Source: Bacteroidota bacterium
Lineage (GTDB): Bacteria > Bacteroidota > Bacteroidia > Cytophagales > Cyclobacteriaceae
Direction of reading: 5' to 3'
NCBI GenBank assembly: GCA_043758895.1
Contig: JAYVMP010000175.1
Location: 2,764 to 66,763 of the forward strand
Length of the DNA: 64,000 nt
Translations under genes and position numbers: made by a program
The notes under the pieces: generated by a model
What the model was told of the DNA's origin: nothing
The model's database searches: none
Seen by the model: only the letters and a program-made list of their open reading frames with translations
Shown here: piece by piece, positions 37,770-46,696 of the stretch
Layout of the letters: every line of letters starts with the position of its first letter
Position numbering within the stretch: the first letter of the stretch is position 1

Positions 37770-39533
37770 ATGATGGAACGATATTATTTTACTGCTCACG
37801 CTTGGAGCGTTGCTTTTGCAATTTCCCTTTTGGTGCCAACCCTTCTCTTGGCGCAAGACGAAAAACCAGTTGCACCGGTTGGCCGGACTTACGCCATTAC
37901 CAATGCGACCATTGTGCAGGCACCCGGCCGTAAAATTGATAAGGGTGTAGTGGTGATGAAAGATGGATTGATCACAGCCGTGGGTAATAATGTTACGATC
38001 CCACCAGAAGCGATCATCATCAAAGCCGACTCCATGTTTGTGTACGCGGGGTTCATCGATGGGCTTTCGCGAACTGGAGTAACCCGGCCCAAAGAAGAAA
38101 AGGAAAAAGAGAAGGTGAAAGATCCCGGCAACCCTCCGGCCGACCGCGCTGGCATAACACCACAACATGATGTGCGTGATTTCCTTAATCCTGATGATAA
38201 ATCCGTAGAAGAATTGAGAAACATTGGCTTCACCGTTTCACAAGTTGTTCCTTACGGAAATTTTTTGCCTGGAAACTCGGCTATTGTGTTATTGGGTGGC
38301 AAATCGCCAGACAACATGGTGCTGGTAAACAATGCTGCGCTTTATTCCGAACTTTCGGGCACTCAAGGTTTATACCCCAACACCGTGATGGCGGTGATGG
38401 CCAAGTGGCGAGACCTTTACAAAAACGCTTCGCTTGCAAAGTCGTATCAAGCCGCCTTTGCCACCAACCCCAGCGCAATACCACGGCCAACCAATGATCG
38501 GATTTTGGAGGCTTTCTATCCCGTGATCGACCAACGCATCCCCGTATTGTTCAAGTCAGACAAGGTAATGGAAACACAGCGTGTCTTTACCTTAAAAAAT
38601 GACCTGAATTTTCCTCTCATGGTTGGCGATGTAAAAGAAGGCTGGCCGATCATCACTAAAATAAAATCATCAGGAGCCAAAGTTTTCCTGTCGCTCGATC
38701 TGCCCGAAGAGCCAAAGAAAGACGATAAGAAAGAGAGTTTGACTTCAGGCCAGGTACGAAAGAAAGAAGATAAAAAGGAGGCAGCGAAAGACAGCACCAA
38801 AACGAACAAGCCAAAAAAAGAAAAACCAAAAACCGCGCTCGACCTGGAAAGGGAGGCACTCGAGAAAAGAAGGAAAGACGTAGTCACTCTATATACTTCA
38901 CAGGCCGCTGAATTTAATAAGGCCGGAGTTCCGTTTGGATTTTCTGCCTTGAGTGCCAAGACAAAAGACATCCAATCGAACTTAAGAAAAATGATTGCGG
39001 CCGGCTTGCCAGAAGATGCCGCATTGGCAGCCCTCACCACCCAGCCTGCACAATTGCTCGGACTGAGCGATCGCATCGGCACGATCGACAACGGGAAGAT
39101 GGCCAACCTGGTCATTACCTACAAACCGTATTTCAATGAAAAGGCAAAAGTTCGCTATGTGTTTGTGGATGGCAATGTGTACACGATGGAATTGAAAGAA
39201 CCGAAGAAGGAAGTTAAAATCTCTGCAAGCGGTAACTGGAGCTATACAACGGATACACCTCAGGGTACTTATACTGGTAAAGTGGCGATCAAAGATGAAA
39301 ATGGGAAACTAACAGGCTCTATTTCCAATAGTCTTTCAGGAAAGGACACTCCACTTAACAATGTTTCTTTAGATGGAAATTACTTAACCTTTGATTTTCC
39401 CTATGATGCCGGAGGCGAAACCATTACCATCGAAGCAGCCGTGACCATCGATGAGAACACCTTTGAGGGAACGTTGACCGCTGGCCCCAACGGAAGTTTT
39501 CCCATTAAGGCATCGAAAGACCCCAAATTTTAA
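37770..39533 (+). CDS. Amidohydrolase-fold protein lacking the HxH motif, with extra C-terminal beta domain
   Basis: YAITNATIV, YAGFIDGLSRTG (no HxH), PAQLLGLSDRIGTIDNGKMANLV. Confidence 0.82.
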   Translation: MMERYYFTAHAWSVAFAISLLVPTLLLAQDEKPVAPVGRTYAITNATIVQAPGRKIDKGVVVMKDGLITAVGNNVTIPPEAIIIKADSMFVYAGFIDGLSRTGVTRPKEEKEKEKVKDPGNPPADRAGITPQHDVRDFLNPDDKSVEELRNIGFTVSQVVPYGNFLPGNSAIVLLGGKSPDNMVLVNNAALYSELSGTQGLYPNTVMAVMAKWRDLYKNASLAKSYQAAFATNPSAIPRPTNDRILEAFYPVIDQRIPVLFKSDKVMETQRVFTLKNDLNFPLMVGDVKEGWPIITKIKSSGAKVFLSLDLPEEPKKDDKKESLTSGQVRKKEDKKEAAKDSTKTNKPKKEKPKTALDLEREALEKRRKDVVTLYTSQAAEFNKAGVPFGFSALSAKTKDIQSNLRKMIAAGLPEDAALAALTTQPAQLLGLSDRIGTIDNGKMANLVITYKPYFNEKAKVRYVFVDGNVYTMELKEPKKEVKISASGNWSYTTDTPQGTYTGKVAIKDENGKLTGSISNSLSGKDTPLNNVSLDGNYLTFDFPYDAGGETITIEAAVTIDENTFEGTLTAGPNGSFPIKASKDPKF

Positions 39534-39545
39534 CCTGATTTTTTT

Positions 39546-40964
39546 ATGAAGAAACTATTTTCAATTCTCCTTTGCATACTCTGTTCGGGTTGGGCTATTG
39601 GCCAGGACAAAGGAAACATACTGATCAAAAATGGAACGGTGCTTACCGTAACAAAAGGAACACTGACTGAAACCGATGTGCTTGTTAAAGACGGCAAGGT
39701 TGCGCAGATCGGAAAAAATATTGCCGCGCCACAAGGCGTGAAAGTGATTGACGCCAAGGGTTTGTTTGTCATGCCCGGTATTATTGATGCGCACTCGCAC
39801 ATTGCCATTGACGGCATCAATGAAGCAACAAGTCCAGTAACGGCCGAGGTGAACGAAGGCGATGTGGTGAACCCGTTGCAGATTTCGATTTACCACGCAT
39901 TGGGTGGAGGTGTTACGGCCGTTCATGCGATGCACGGTTCTGCCAACGCCATTGGTGGCCAGTGCGAAACCTTGAAGCTGCGCTATGGCACATTTGATAA
40001 CGATGCGATGAAAATGGAAGGAGCACCACGCACCATCAAATTCGCATTGGGAGAAAACCCGACTCGTGTTCACGGTGGTGGCAACAACATTGTGCCGCGC
40101 ACCCGCATGGGTGTAGAGTTTGTGATTCGCCAGGCGTTCTCCCAAGCAAAAAAATACTCGGAAGACTGGGATGCCTACAATAAAAATAAGTTGATGAAGG
40201 GTTCTGCCGGACAGGGAGGCTTTCGCGGGGCTCCGCCTGCCTATAATTTGCGGTTGGAAACTTTAGCAGAGATTTTGAAAGGCAACATCATCGTGCACTG
40301 CCATAGCTACCGGGCCGATGAGATTTTTATGCTGTTGAAAGTGTGCAAAGATTTTGGAATCAAACGTATCGTATTCCAACACGTGAACGAAGGTTTCAAG
40401 GTTGCGCCTGAGCTCGCTGCGTATGGTGCGATGGCTTCGGTATTCTCCGATTGGTGGGCATATAAATTTGAAGTGTACTACTCTACAGCCTACAATGCGG
40501 CCATCCTCACCAAAAATGGAGTGGTCACCTCCATTAATTCCGATGATGCCGAGATGATGCGCCACCTGTACCACGAAGCGGCCAAGACACAGAAATATGG
40601 TAATCTTTCTGATGATGAAGCCCTGGCACTGATCACCATCAATCCTGCCAAACAATTGGGGATTGATTCCCGAACAGGCTCATTAGAGACAGGCAAAGAT
40701 GCTGACATCGCTATTTTTAAAAACCATCCGCTTTCCATTTATGGTGTTCCACAATACACCATTGTAGATGGCATTGTTCGTTTTGATCGCGCCAACGATG
40801 CGGCCGACATGCGGTTGATGGTCGATCCAAAGCAAAACTTGGACGATTTTACTTGGCGCGATAAGCAAGCAGATCACTGCATGGAAGGAACAGAATTTTT
40901 ATTTGGCCTATCCGAAGAGACGGAAGCGAACGCGACAGGCATTTTGAGAACGGAAAAAAAATAA
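39546..40964 (+). CDS. Amidohydrolase family protein with intact metal ligands
   Basis: MPGIIDAHSH, KFALGENP, HCHSYRADE, SINSD, GSLETGKDADIAIF. Confidence 0.92.
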   Translation: MKKLFSILLCILCSGWAIGQDKGNILIKNGTVLTVTKGTLTETDVLVKDGKVAQIGKNIAAPQGVKVIDAKGLFVMPGIIDAHSHIAIDGINEATSPVTAEVNEGDVVNPLQISIYHALGGGVTAVHAMHGSANAIGGQCETLKLRYGTFDNDAMKMEGAPRTIKFALGENPTRVHGGGNNIVPRTRMGVEFVIRQAFSQAKKYSEDWDAYNKNKLMKGSAGQGGFRGAPPAYNLRLETLAEILKGNIIVHCHSYRADEIFMLLKVCKDFGIKRIVFQHVNEGFKVAPELAAYGAMASVFSDWWAYKFEVYYSTAYNAAILTKNGVVTSINSDDAEMMRHLYHEAAKTQKYGNLSDDEALALITINPAKQLGIDSRTGSLETGKDADIAIFKNHPLSIYGVPQYTIVDGIVRFDRANDAADMRLMVDPKQNLDDFTWRDKQADHCMEGTEFLFGLSEETEANATGILRTEKK

Positions 40965-40968
40965 TTTT

Positions 40969-42282
40969 ATGAAGAACCTTCAATTGATAGCTGGATTTTT
41001 TACTGCCTTGTTGTGCACTGTGGTGTTTCATATCGAGGCGCAAAACCCAAAGGGCAAATACGGCACGTTTGCATTAACCAATGCCACCATTGAAACGATA
41101 ACAAAAGGAACGATCACCAACGGCACAGTTTTGATCAGCAACGGAAAAATTTTAACGGTTGGCACGAACGTAACCGTTCCGCAAGGTGCAGAAGTAATTG
41201 ACTGCCAGGGATTGTTCATTTATCCTGGTATGATCGATGGCGGCACCAACCTCGGGCTTTCAGAAATTGGGTCTGATCCGCGCACACAGGACTTCAGCGA
41301 ACTGGGCGATGTTGTGCCGCAGATGAAGGCACTCACCGCGGTGAACCCCAATGCGGTGGCCATTCCGGTTACGCGCGTAAGTGGAGTAACTACAGCGTTG
41401 GCCTCACCTTCGGGTGGGATATTTTCCGGAACTGCTGCCTTGATCAATTTGCATGGCTACACACCGGAACAAATGTTTGCCGGCTTTGAAGGTATAGTAA
41501 TGAATTTTCCCAGTGGTGGACGCAGGGGTTTCTTTGACCGCAGAACTGATGAAGAAATAAAAAAGGCAACGGAGGAGGCGCTAAAGAAATTAAACGAAGT
41601 GTGGGAACGGGCCGTGCAATATTATAAAGTGGACTCGGCTACGAACGGAAAAAATGCGGGCTACTATCCTGAGATGCAAGCCCTCTTACCAGTGGTGAAA
41701 GGAGAGCGGACTTTGTTAATTGAAGTGAATAAATCAAAGGACATCGCCACCGTTTTGAAATGGGTAAAGGAAAGAAAAATCACCAACGTGGCGCTCACCG
41801 GTGTAGCTGAGGGGTGGCGTGTGGCTGACCAGATTGCCAAAGCAAAAATCCCGGTGATCACAGGCGGGGTTCTGGAAATACCGACTCGCGATTATGACCG
41901 CTATGATCAGGCCTATGCCAATGCGGGAATATTGAAAAAAGCAGGCGTAAAAGTGGCAATTCGCTCAGATGAAGGGAACAACCAAAATTACCGCAACCTA
42001 CCTTACCATGCAGGTTTTGCCGTGGCTTATGGCATGGACAAGACCGAAGCCATGAAAGCTATTACGATTGTGCCTGCCGAAATTTTTGGAGTGGCTGATA
42101 AGCTCGGCTCGATTGAAGCCGGCAAGAGCGCCACTCTATTTGTATGCGATGGTGATCCGTTTGAAACCAAAACACAAATCAAGCACGTATTCATTGACGG
42201 TTGGCGAATCCCATTGACGAGCCGCCAGACTTTATTGTACGATGAATTTTTGAAACGCGAACCTGGCGTGAGCAAAAAATAA
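40969..42282 (+). CDS. Amidohydrolase-fold protein lacking the HxH motif
   Basis: ALTNATI, YPGMIDGGTNLG, PAEIFGVADKLGSIEAGKSATL. Confidence 0.85.
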   Translation: MKNLQLIAGFFTALLCTVVFHIEAQNPKGKYGTFALTNATIETITKGTITNGTVLISNGKILTVGTNVTVPQGAEVIDCQGLFIYPGMIDGGTNLGLSEIGSDPRTQDFSELGDVVPQMKALTAVNPNAVAIPVTRVSGVTTALASPSGGIFSGTAALINLHGYTPEQMFAGFEGIVMNFPSGGRRGFFDRRTDEEIKKATEEALKKLNEVWERAVQYYKVDSATNGKNAGYYPEMQALLPVVKGERTLLIEVNKSKDIATVLKWVKERKITNVALTGVAEGWRVADQIAKAKIPVITGGVLEIPTRDYDRYDQAYANAGILKKAGVKVAIRSDEGNNQNYRNLPYHAGFAVAYGMDKTEAMKAITIVPAEIFGVADKLGSIEAGKSATLFVCDGDPFETKTQIKHVFIDGWRIPLTSRQTLLYDEFLKREPGVSKK

Positions 42283-42410
42283 TGGAGATCAATAGCTAAC
42301 AAATGTTTCGCTGAAATGGCGAACAGTAATTTCATGCCTTTTAGCTAATCTTGTTGTGCAATAAAGTTTTAAAATACTTTGATGTAAACAATGCAAATAC
42401 CAGGTAGAGT

Positions 42411-43493
42411 ATGATCGAATCGGTTTTGAATGAATACGGTATCCACGATGAAGAGGGCCGCATTGAACCGCTCACTAACGGCCTCATCAATAGCACCTGG
42501 AAGATTACCACCGGGAAACAGCAATTTATTCTTCAGCGCATTAACGAGTTGGTTTTTAAGAACCCGTATTTCCTTGCCGAAAATGTCCGAATGGTTGACC
42601 AGTATTTGGCACAGCAAAGCCCATCTTACTTATTTGTATCACCCATAAAAACCAAGCAACAGAAAGAAATTTTTCATGACAAGCAAAAGGGCTACTTCAG
42701 GCTTTTTCCTTTCGTGCAGGGGTCACACACGATCAATGTTGTCTCAACCCCCGATCAGGCGTTTGAAGCGGCTCTGCAATTCGGAAAATTCACTAAGCTT
42801 TTGTCAGGCTTTGATGCGAAGAAGCTTCACCTCACCTTACCTGATTTCCACAACCTCACCCTTCGCTACCATCAATTTGATGACGCTATAAAGAACGGAA
42901 ATGCGGATCGAATAAAACAAGCGGAAGTTCTGATTTCTGAAATCAAAAAGCGCCAGCACATCCTTGTTTCTTACGAAAAAATAAAATTGAACGAGCAGGT
43001 CCGGCATCGGGTTACCCACCACGACACTAAAATCAGCAACGTGCTCTTTGACGATCGGGGTAAGGGATTAGGCGTGATCGACTTGGACACCATTATGCCT
43101 GGCTATTTTATCAGCGACATGGGCGATATGATGCGAACTTATCTTTCTCCTGCCAATGAAGAGGAAAATGACTTTAGCAAAATAGAAATTCGCGATGATT
43201 TCTTTCACGCCATAGTTCACGGGTATTTGCATCAGCTAGGCGATGAGCTGACGCCCGAAGAAAAAACGATTATCCTCTACGCTGGTTCTTTTTTGATTTA
43301 CATGCAGGCCATCCGCTTCCTTACCGATTACTGCAACAATGATATTTATTACGGGGCGACCTATGCGGAACAAAATTTTGTGCGGGCCGGAAACCAAATT
43401 TGTTTATTAAAGAAGCTCGAAGAGAAGGGAGGAAGATTACAGGAAATGATCGCAGCTGAACTATCCATGAAAAACTATTTCTTCCTTGGTTGA
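42411..43493 (+). CDS. Aminoglycoside-phosphotransferase-fold kinase (N-acetylhexosamine 1-kinase-like)
   Basis: GLINSTW, ILQRIN, Brenner motif HHDTKISNVLF, VIDLDTIMPG, QAIRFLTDY. Confidence 0.82.
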   Translation: MIESVLNEYGIHDEEGRIEPLTNGLINSTWKITTGKQQFILQRINELVFKNPYFLAENVRMVDQYLAQQSPSYLFVSPIKTKQQKEIFHDKQKGYFRLFPFVQGSHTINVVSTPDQAFEAALQFGKFTKLLSGFDAKKLHLTLPDFHNLTLRYHQFDDAIKNGNADRIKQAEVLISEIKKRQHILVSYEKIKLNEQVRHRVTHHDTKISNVLFDDRGKGLGVIDLDTIMPGYFISDMGDMMRTYLSPANEEENDFSKIEIRDDFFHAIVHGYLHQLGDELTPEEKTIILYAGSFLIYMQAIRFLTDYCNNDIYYGATYAEQNFVRAGNQICLLKKLEEKGGRLQEMIAAELSMKNYFFLG

Positions 43494-43496
43494 TTC

Positions 43497-43949
43497 TCAT
43501 CTAATTTCCCCGATCACAAAATCCTTTCCATTAAAAGTAAATGGATCCCCCCTCTTTAATCCCAATAATTTTTGGGCGATAGGCGAAACTGGTGAAACCG
43601 GAAAATAAGTTTTGCCTTCAAGGGTGAAAGGCGCGGCAGCGATGGCAATGTAAAAATTTCCTTGGTTCGTGATGACCAAACTCCCAGCTTGGGCAGATCC
43701 GGATTTTTGAGCGGGATCAATTTTTTCTAAAACCCGTTTTAGCTTTTGTGCCTCCGCAAGTTGCGTGCTGTGCTTCTCTATTTCTAATTGCGCCATTGCC
43801 CGTCCGGTTTCGTATTTATCGCCTGCACTGCTTTTGCTTTCTTCGTTGGCCGAGGCTTGAGCAGCGTGGATCGCTTGTGTTGCCAGGTCAATCCGTTCTT
43901 CTGCATAAGCTAGACAATGTGCGTGAAGCTGTTGTTTGAGATTGACCAA
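43497..43949 (-). CDS. GreA/GreB-like factor (Bacteroidota divergent type)
   Basis: Coiled coil with SKSSAGDKYETGRAM tip; C-terminal ISPVSPIAQKLLGLKRGDPF-like Gre domain (VSPVSPIAQKLLG). Confidence 0.72.
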   Translation of the reverse strand: MVNLKQQLHAHCLAYAEERIDLATQAIHAAQASANEESKSSAGDKYETGRAMAQLEIEKHSTQLAEAQKLKRVLEKIDPAQKSGSAQAGSLVITNQGNFYIAIAAAPFTLEGKTYFPVSPVSPIAQKLLGLKRGDPFTFNGKDFVIGEIR

Positions 43950-43952
43950 GGG

Positions 43953-44708
43953 CTAAATCCTTTTCGCAGATTTTAAAATCAACAACGCCTTCGCTAAATC
44001 TTCTGGGGTATCGATGCAAATACTTTCTTCCATTTCGGTCTCTACCGTTTTTATTTTGAATCCATTTTGAACCCATCGCAACTGTTCGAGGGACTCGGCT
44101 TTCTCAAGTAGCGAGGGCTTGAGCTTTGTGATTTTCTCTAACACATCGGCCCGATAGGCATACAACCCAACATGCCGATAAAATGTAGTTTTTGTCAGCC
44201 AATCTTGTTGTTCTGCTTTTTGTACAAACGGAATTGGTGAGCGACTGAAGTAAATGGCTTCATTCAAATGGTTGATCACCACCTTGGCTTCCCCGGGTGA
44301 AAGCAATTGTTCAACCGTAGCAATTTTTTGAATCAGCGTTGCTAATTCTGTTTTCGTAGTTAGCGATGAGCACAATAGATCAATTTGGTCGGGATTGATA
44401 AACGGCTCATCACCCTGTACGTTGATAGCAAAATCAAATAGCTCGTGTTGTTTTTTTAGTGCTTCAAAGCAACGGTCTGTTCCACTGGGATGATTTTCTG
44501 CCGTCAAGCAAGCCAAACCGCCAAACGCCAACACATGGTCATAAATCCGTTCATCATCTGTGGCGACAATAACTTTTGAAAGGTGCGTTGATTTTTTTAC
44601 CTGATAGTAAACCCGTTGGATCATAGTCTGACCCAGCATGTCCACCAATGGTTTGCCGGGAAACCGTGATGAAGCATAGCGCGCGGGAATGATGCCGAGT
44701 ATTTTCAT
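43953..44708 (-). CDS. kdsB: 3-deoxy-manno-octulosonate cytidylyltransferase
   Basis: IPARYASSRFPGKPL, HPSGTDRC, NVQGDEP, RHVGLYAY, ESLEQLRW; own -7 element TACTTTTG on the minus strand at 44717-44724. Confidence 0.97.
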   Translation of the reverse strand: MKILGIIPARYASSRFPGKPLVDMLGQTMIQRVYYQVKKSTHLSKVIVATDDERIYDHVLAFGGLACLTAENHPSGTDRCFEALKKQHELFDFAINVQGDEPFINPDQIDLLCSSLTTKTELATLIQKIATVEQLLSPGEAKVVINHLNEAIYFSRSPIPFVQKAEQQDWLTKTTFYRHVGLYAYRADVLEKITKLKPSLLEKAESLEQLRWVQNGFKIKTVETEMEESICIDTPEDLAKALLILKSAKRI

Positions 44709-44734
44709 ATTCCCTTCAAAAGTAAAAAAATGTT

Positions 44735-46132
44735 TTAACCTTGTACGGTCGGTGCAAATTCATTTCGGATCCGACAAGCCGAAGGGTAGAGGTTATTCAT
44801 CCGGTTGCCGAGCAAGTTGGCCCAACCCAGCGGTGTGTTTTGATATTTCATGAGGGTAAATCCCAGAGCTGCACCCGATGGATTCAAAACATCTTTTCTT
44901 AAATACGCTATGGCCTGATCGTGGTCCAATTCAACGCTCGGAAAATTTTCAATTTTCAATTTTGTTGACACAGCAAGGGCATGGTCGGGAATAAGTTTAT
45001 CGTGCTTGAGGGTAGCGATGGCTGTTCCCTTTTGAATCACTTTTAAAACTTTTGTCAACAAGCTGATTTCGTAAATATAATTTTCTGGCAAGGCGATGAT
45101 TAGTTCTTCGTGGATGGCATACCCGGTTTCAATGGGATTCGCGACCCAGTTGGAAAGCCGCTCAATTATTTTTTTGTTGGGCGAAGTGAATATGTTTTTG
45201 CTGTGAACCCTGATTTCTTCTTGCTTCTCTTTCTTGCGCACCACGGAAATAAAAAAACCCTCTCCTTTTACACGATGTGGATAAAAACGGTAGCCGAAAA
45301 CATCGCCCATTTTTATTTCCTCAACACCCCAATCACTTTCAGCTCCTGCCTGGCTGGCAGGCAGGTTCAACTTTATGCTATCCGCTTTCTTTTCCCGCAC
45401 CAACCAACTTATGTTTTCTTCATTTTCTTTTTCACCGTAGGTACACGTACAATAAATCAAAATACCATTTTCCTTTAATGAAGGCCAGATTTGTTTTATG
45501 ATTCGCTGCTGTCGCAAGGCGCACAGGTCAACATTTTCTTTTGTCCATTGTTGCATGGCCTGCCTATCTTTTCGGAAAAGCCCCTCCCCAGAGCAAGGGG
45601 CATCCACCAAAATGACGTCAAAGAATCCTTCCAGCCGGTGAAAATCTTCGGGGTCATTGTTGGTAACTACCGTATTGCCATAACCCCACTTCTGAATATT
45701 TTCTGAAAGAACGGTAGCGCGCGACCGGATGGTTTCATTGGCTACAAGTAGCGATTGGTCAGCGAGCAAACTCAACAAGTGAGTTGATTTTCCTCCGGGG
45801 GCCGCACACAAGTCCAACACAGTTAAAGGCAGGGTCAAATCCACCGTCTGTTTCAGTGCCTGTTCGAGGAACATGGAACTTGCCTCTTGAACATAGTAGG
45901 CACCGGCATGGAATAGCGGATCGAACGTAAACGAGGGCCGTTGCTTTAAATAATAACCAAAATCTGTCCACCGCACTTTTTCAAATTCTTTTGCTGAACT
46001 TTTTTTTGGATTGATCCGGATACTGGTGGGCGAGGGCTGTGCGTGCGCGGAGATAAATTTTTGCCAATCATTTTGGAGGCGCAGTTGCATTTGCTGGGCA
46101 AATGCGGGGGGAAAGTCGAAGCGATCAGCCAT
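44735..46132 (-). CDS. RsmB/NOP2 family rRNA m5C methyltransferase (RsmF-like)
   Basis: YVQEASSM, DLCAAPGGKST, VDAPCSGEG, YCTCT, GEGFF, C-terminal PUA-like region. Confidence 0.93.
   Translation of the reverse strand: MADRFDFPPAFAQQMQLRLQNDWQKFISAHAQPSPTSIRINPKKSSAKEFEKVRWTDFGYYLKQRPSFTFDPLFHAGAYYVQEASSMFLEQALKQTVDLTLPLTVLDLCAAPGGKSTHLLSLLADQSLLVANETIRSRATVLSENIQKWGYGNTVVTNNDPEDFHRLEGFFDVILVDAPCSGEGLFRKDRQAMQQWTKENVDLCALRQQRIIKQIWPSLKENGILIYCTCTYGEKENEENISWLVREKKADSIKLNLPASQAGAESDWGVEEIKMGDVFGYRFYPHRVKGEGFFISVVRKKEKQEEIRVHSKNIFTSPNKKIIERLSNWVANPIETGYAIHEELIIALPENYIYEISLLTKVLKVIQKGTAIATLKHDKLIPDHALAVSTKLKIENFPSVELDHDQAIAYLRKDVLNPSGAALGFTLMKYQNTPLGWANLLGNRMNNLYPSACRIRNEFAPTVQG
45345..45365. 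repeat. 21-bp palindrome in-frame within the methyltransferase (encodes LPASQAG)
   Basis: CCTGCCTG-GCTGG-CAGGCAGG. Confidence 0.75.
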
Positions 46133-46598
46133 TCATTTTCTTATCATTATACTCGATAATGGAAACCAATTTCTGCAAAAGGTCGTCATAATTTTTCTTT
46201 CCCATCTCCTTCCTATATTCGTTCATCAACTGGGCAACACTTGCTCTTGCGCTCATCACAAAGCTTTTTCCTTTTGATGTGAGGCTGAAGATCGTGCTGC
46301 GCTTGTCGGTAGGATCGGTTTTGGATGAAATGTAGCCTGACTTTTTCAACTCGTTGATCACCTTGCTCATGGCTTGCTTGGTCACGTTGGCGCGGTTGGC
46401 CAGCTCATTGTTGTTTGTCCCGGTCATGTCGATATTCATAATCACCGGCATATAAGTCATTTTGAAGTCCGTATAGCCCTTTTTCGCTAAACGGTCGATC
46501 GCCCATTGATCGAATTGCTCCTTTAAATGTTTGATAACCTTAGCCCAACCATGCAATTGGATGTAGTCGGTGTCTTTAAAGATGTGGTCGAGTGCCAT
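46125..46598 (-). CDS. MarR family regulator
   Basis: wHTH NNELANRANVTKQAMSKVINEL, DPTDKRS, LTSKG; divergent from the efflux operon. Confidence 0.93.
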   Translation of the reverse strand: MALDHIFKDTDYIQLHGWAKVIKHLKEQFDQWAIDRLAKKGYTDFKMTYMPVIMNIDMTGTNNNELANRANVTKQAMSKVINELKKSGYISSKTDPTDKRSTIFSLTSKGKSFVMSARASVAQLMNEYRKEMGKKNYDDLLQKLVSIIEYNDKKMNG

Positions 46599-46633
46599 CG
46601 CTAACGGTTGCACAAAATTAGTCAAAAAAAAAT

Positions 46634-46674
46634 AATAGTCAACTGTATTGACTATTTAGTCAACCTGGTTTACT
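46634..46674. promoter_or_regulatory. Putative MarR operator (tandem palindromes)
   Basis: AATAGTCAA-CTGTA-TTGACTATT (46634-46656) plus imperfect AGTCAAC-CTG-GTTTACT (46658-46674) in the divergent spacer. Confidence 0.7.
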
Positions 46675-46696
46675 TTCGTCCCATAATTCAAAAATC

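Noticed and set aside
38735-38762. SLTSGQVR segment in the Lys/Glu-rich loop of the first amidohydrolase considered as another palindromic insert
   Set aside because: No convincing dyad symmetry at the DNA level.
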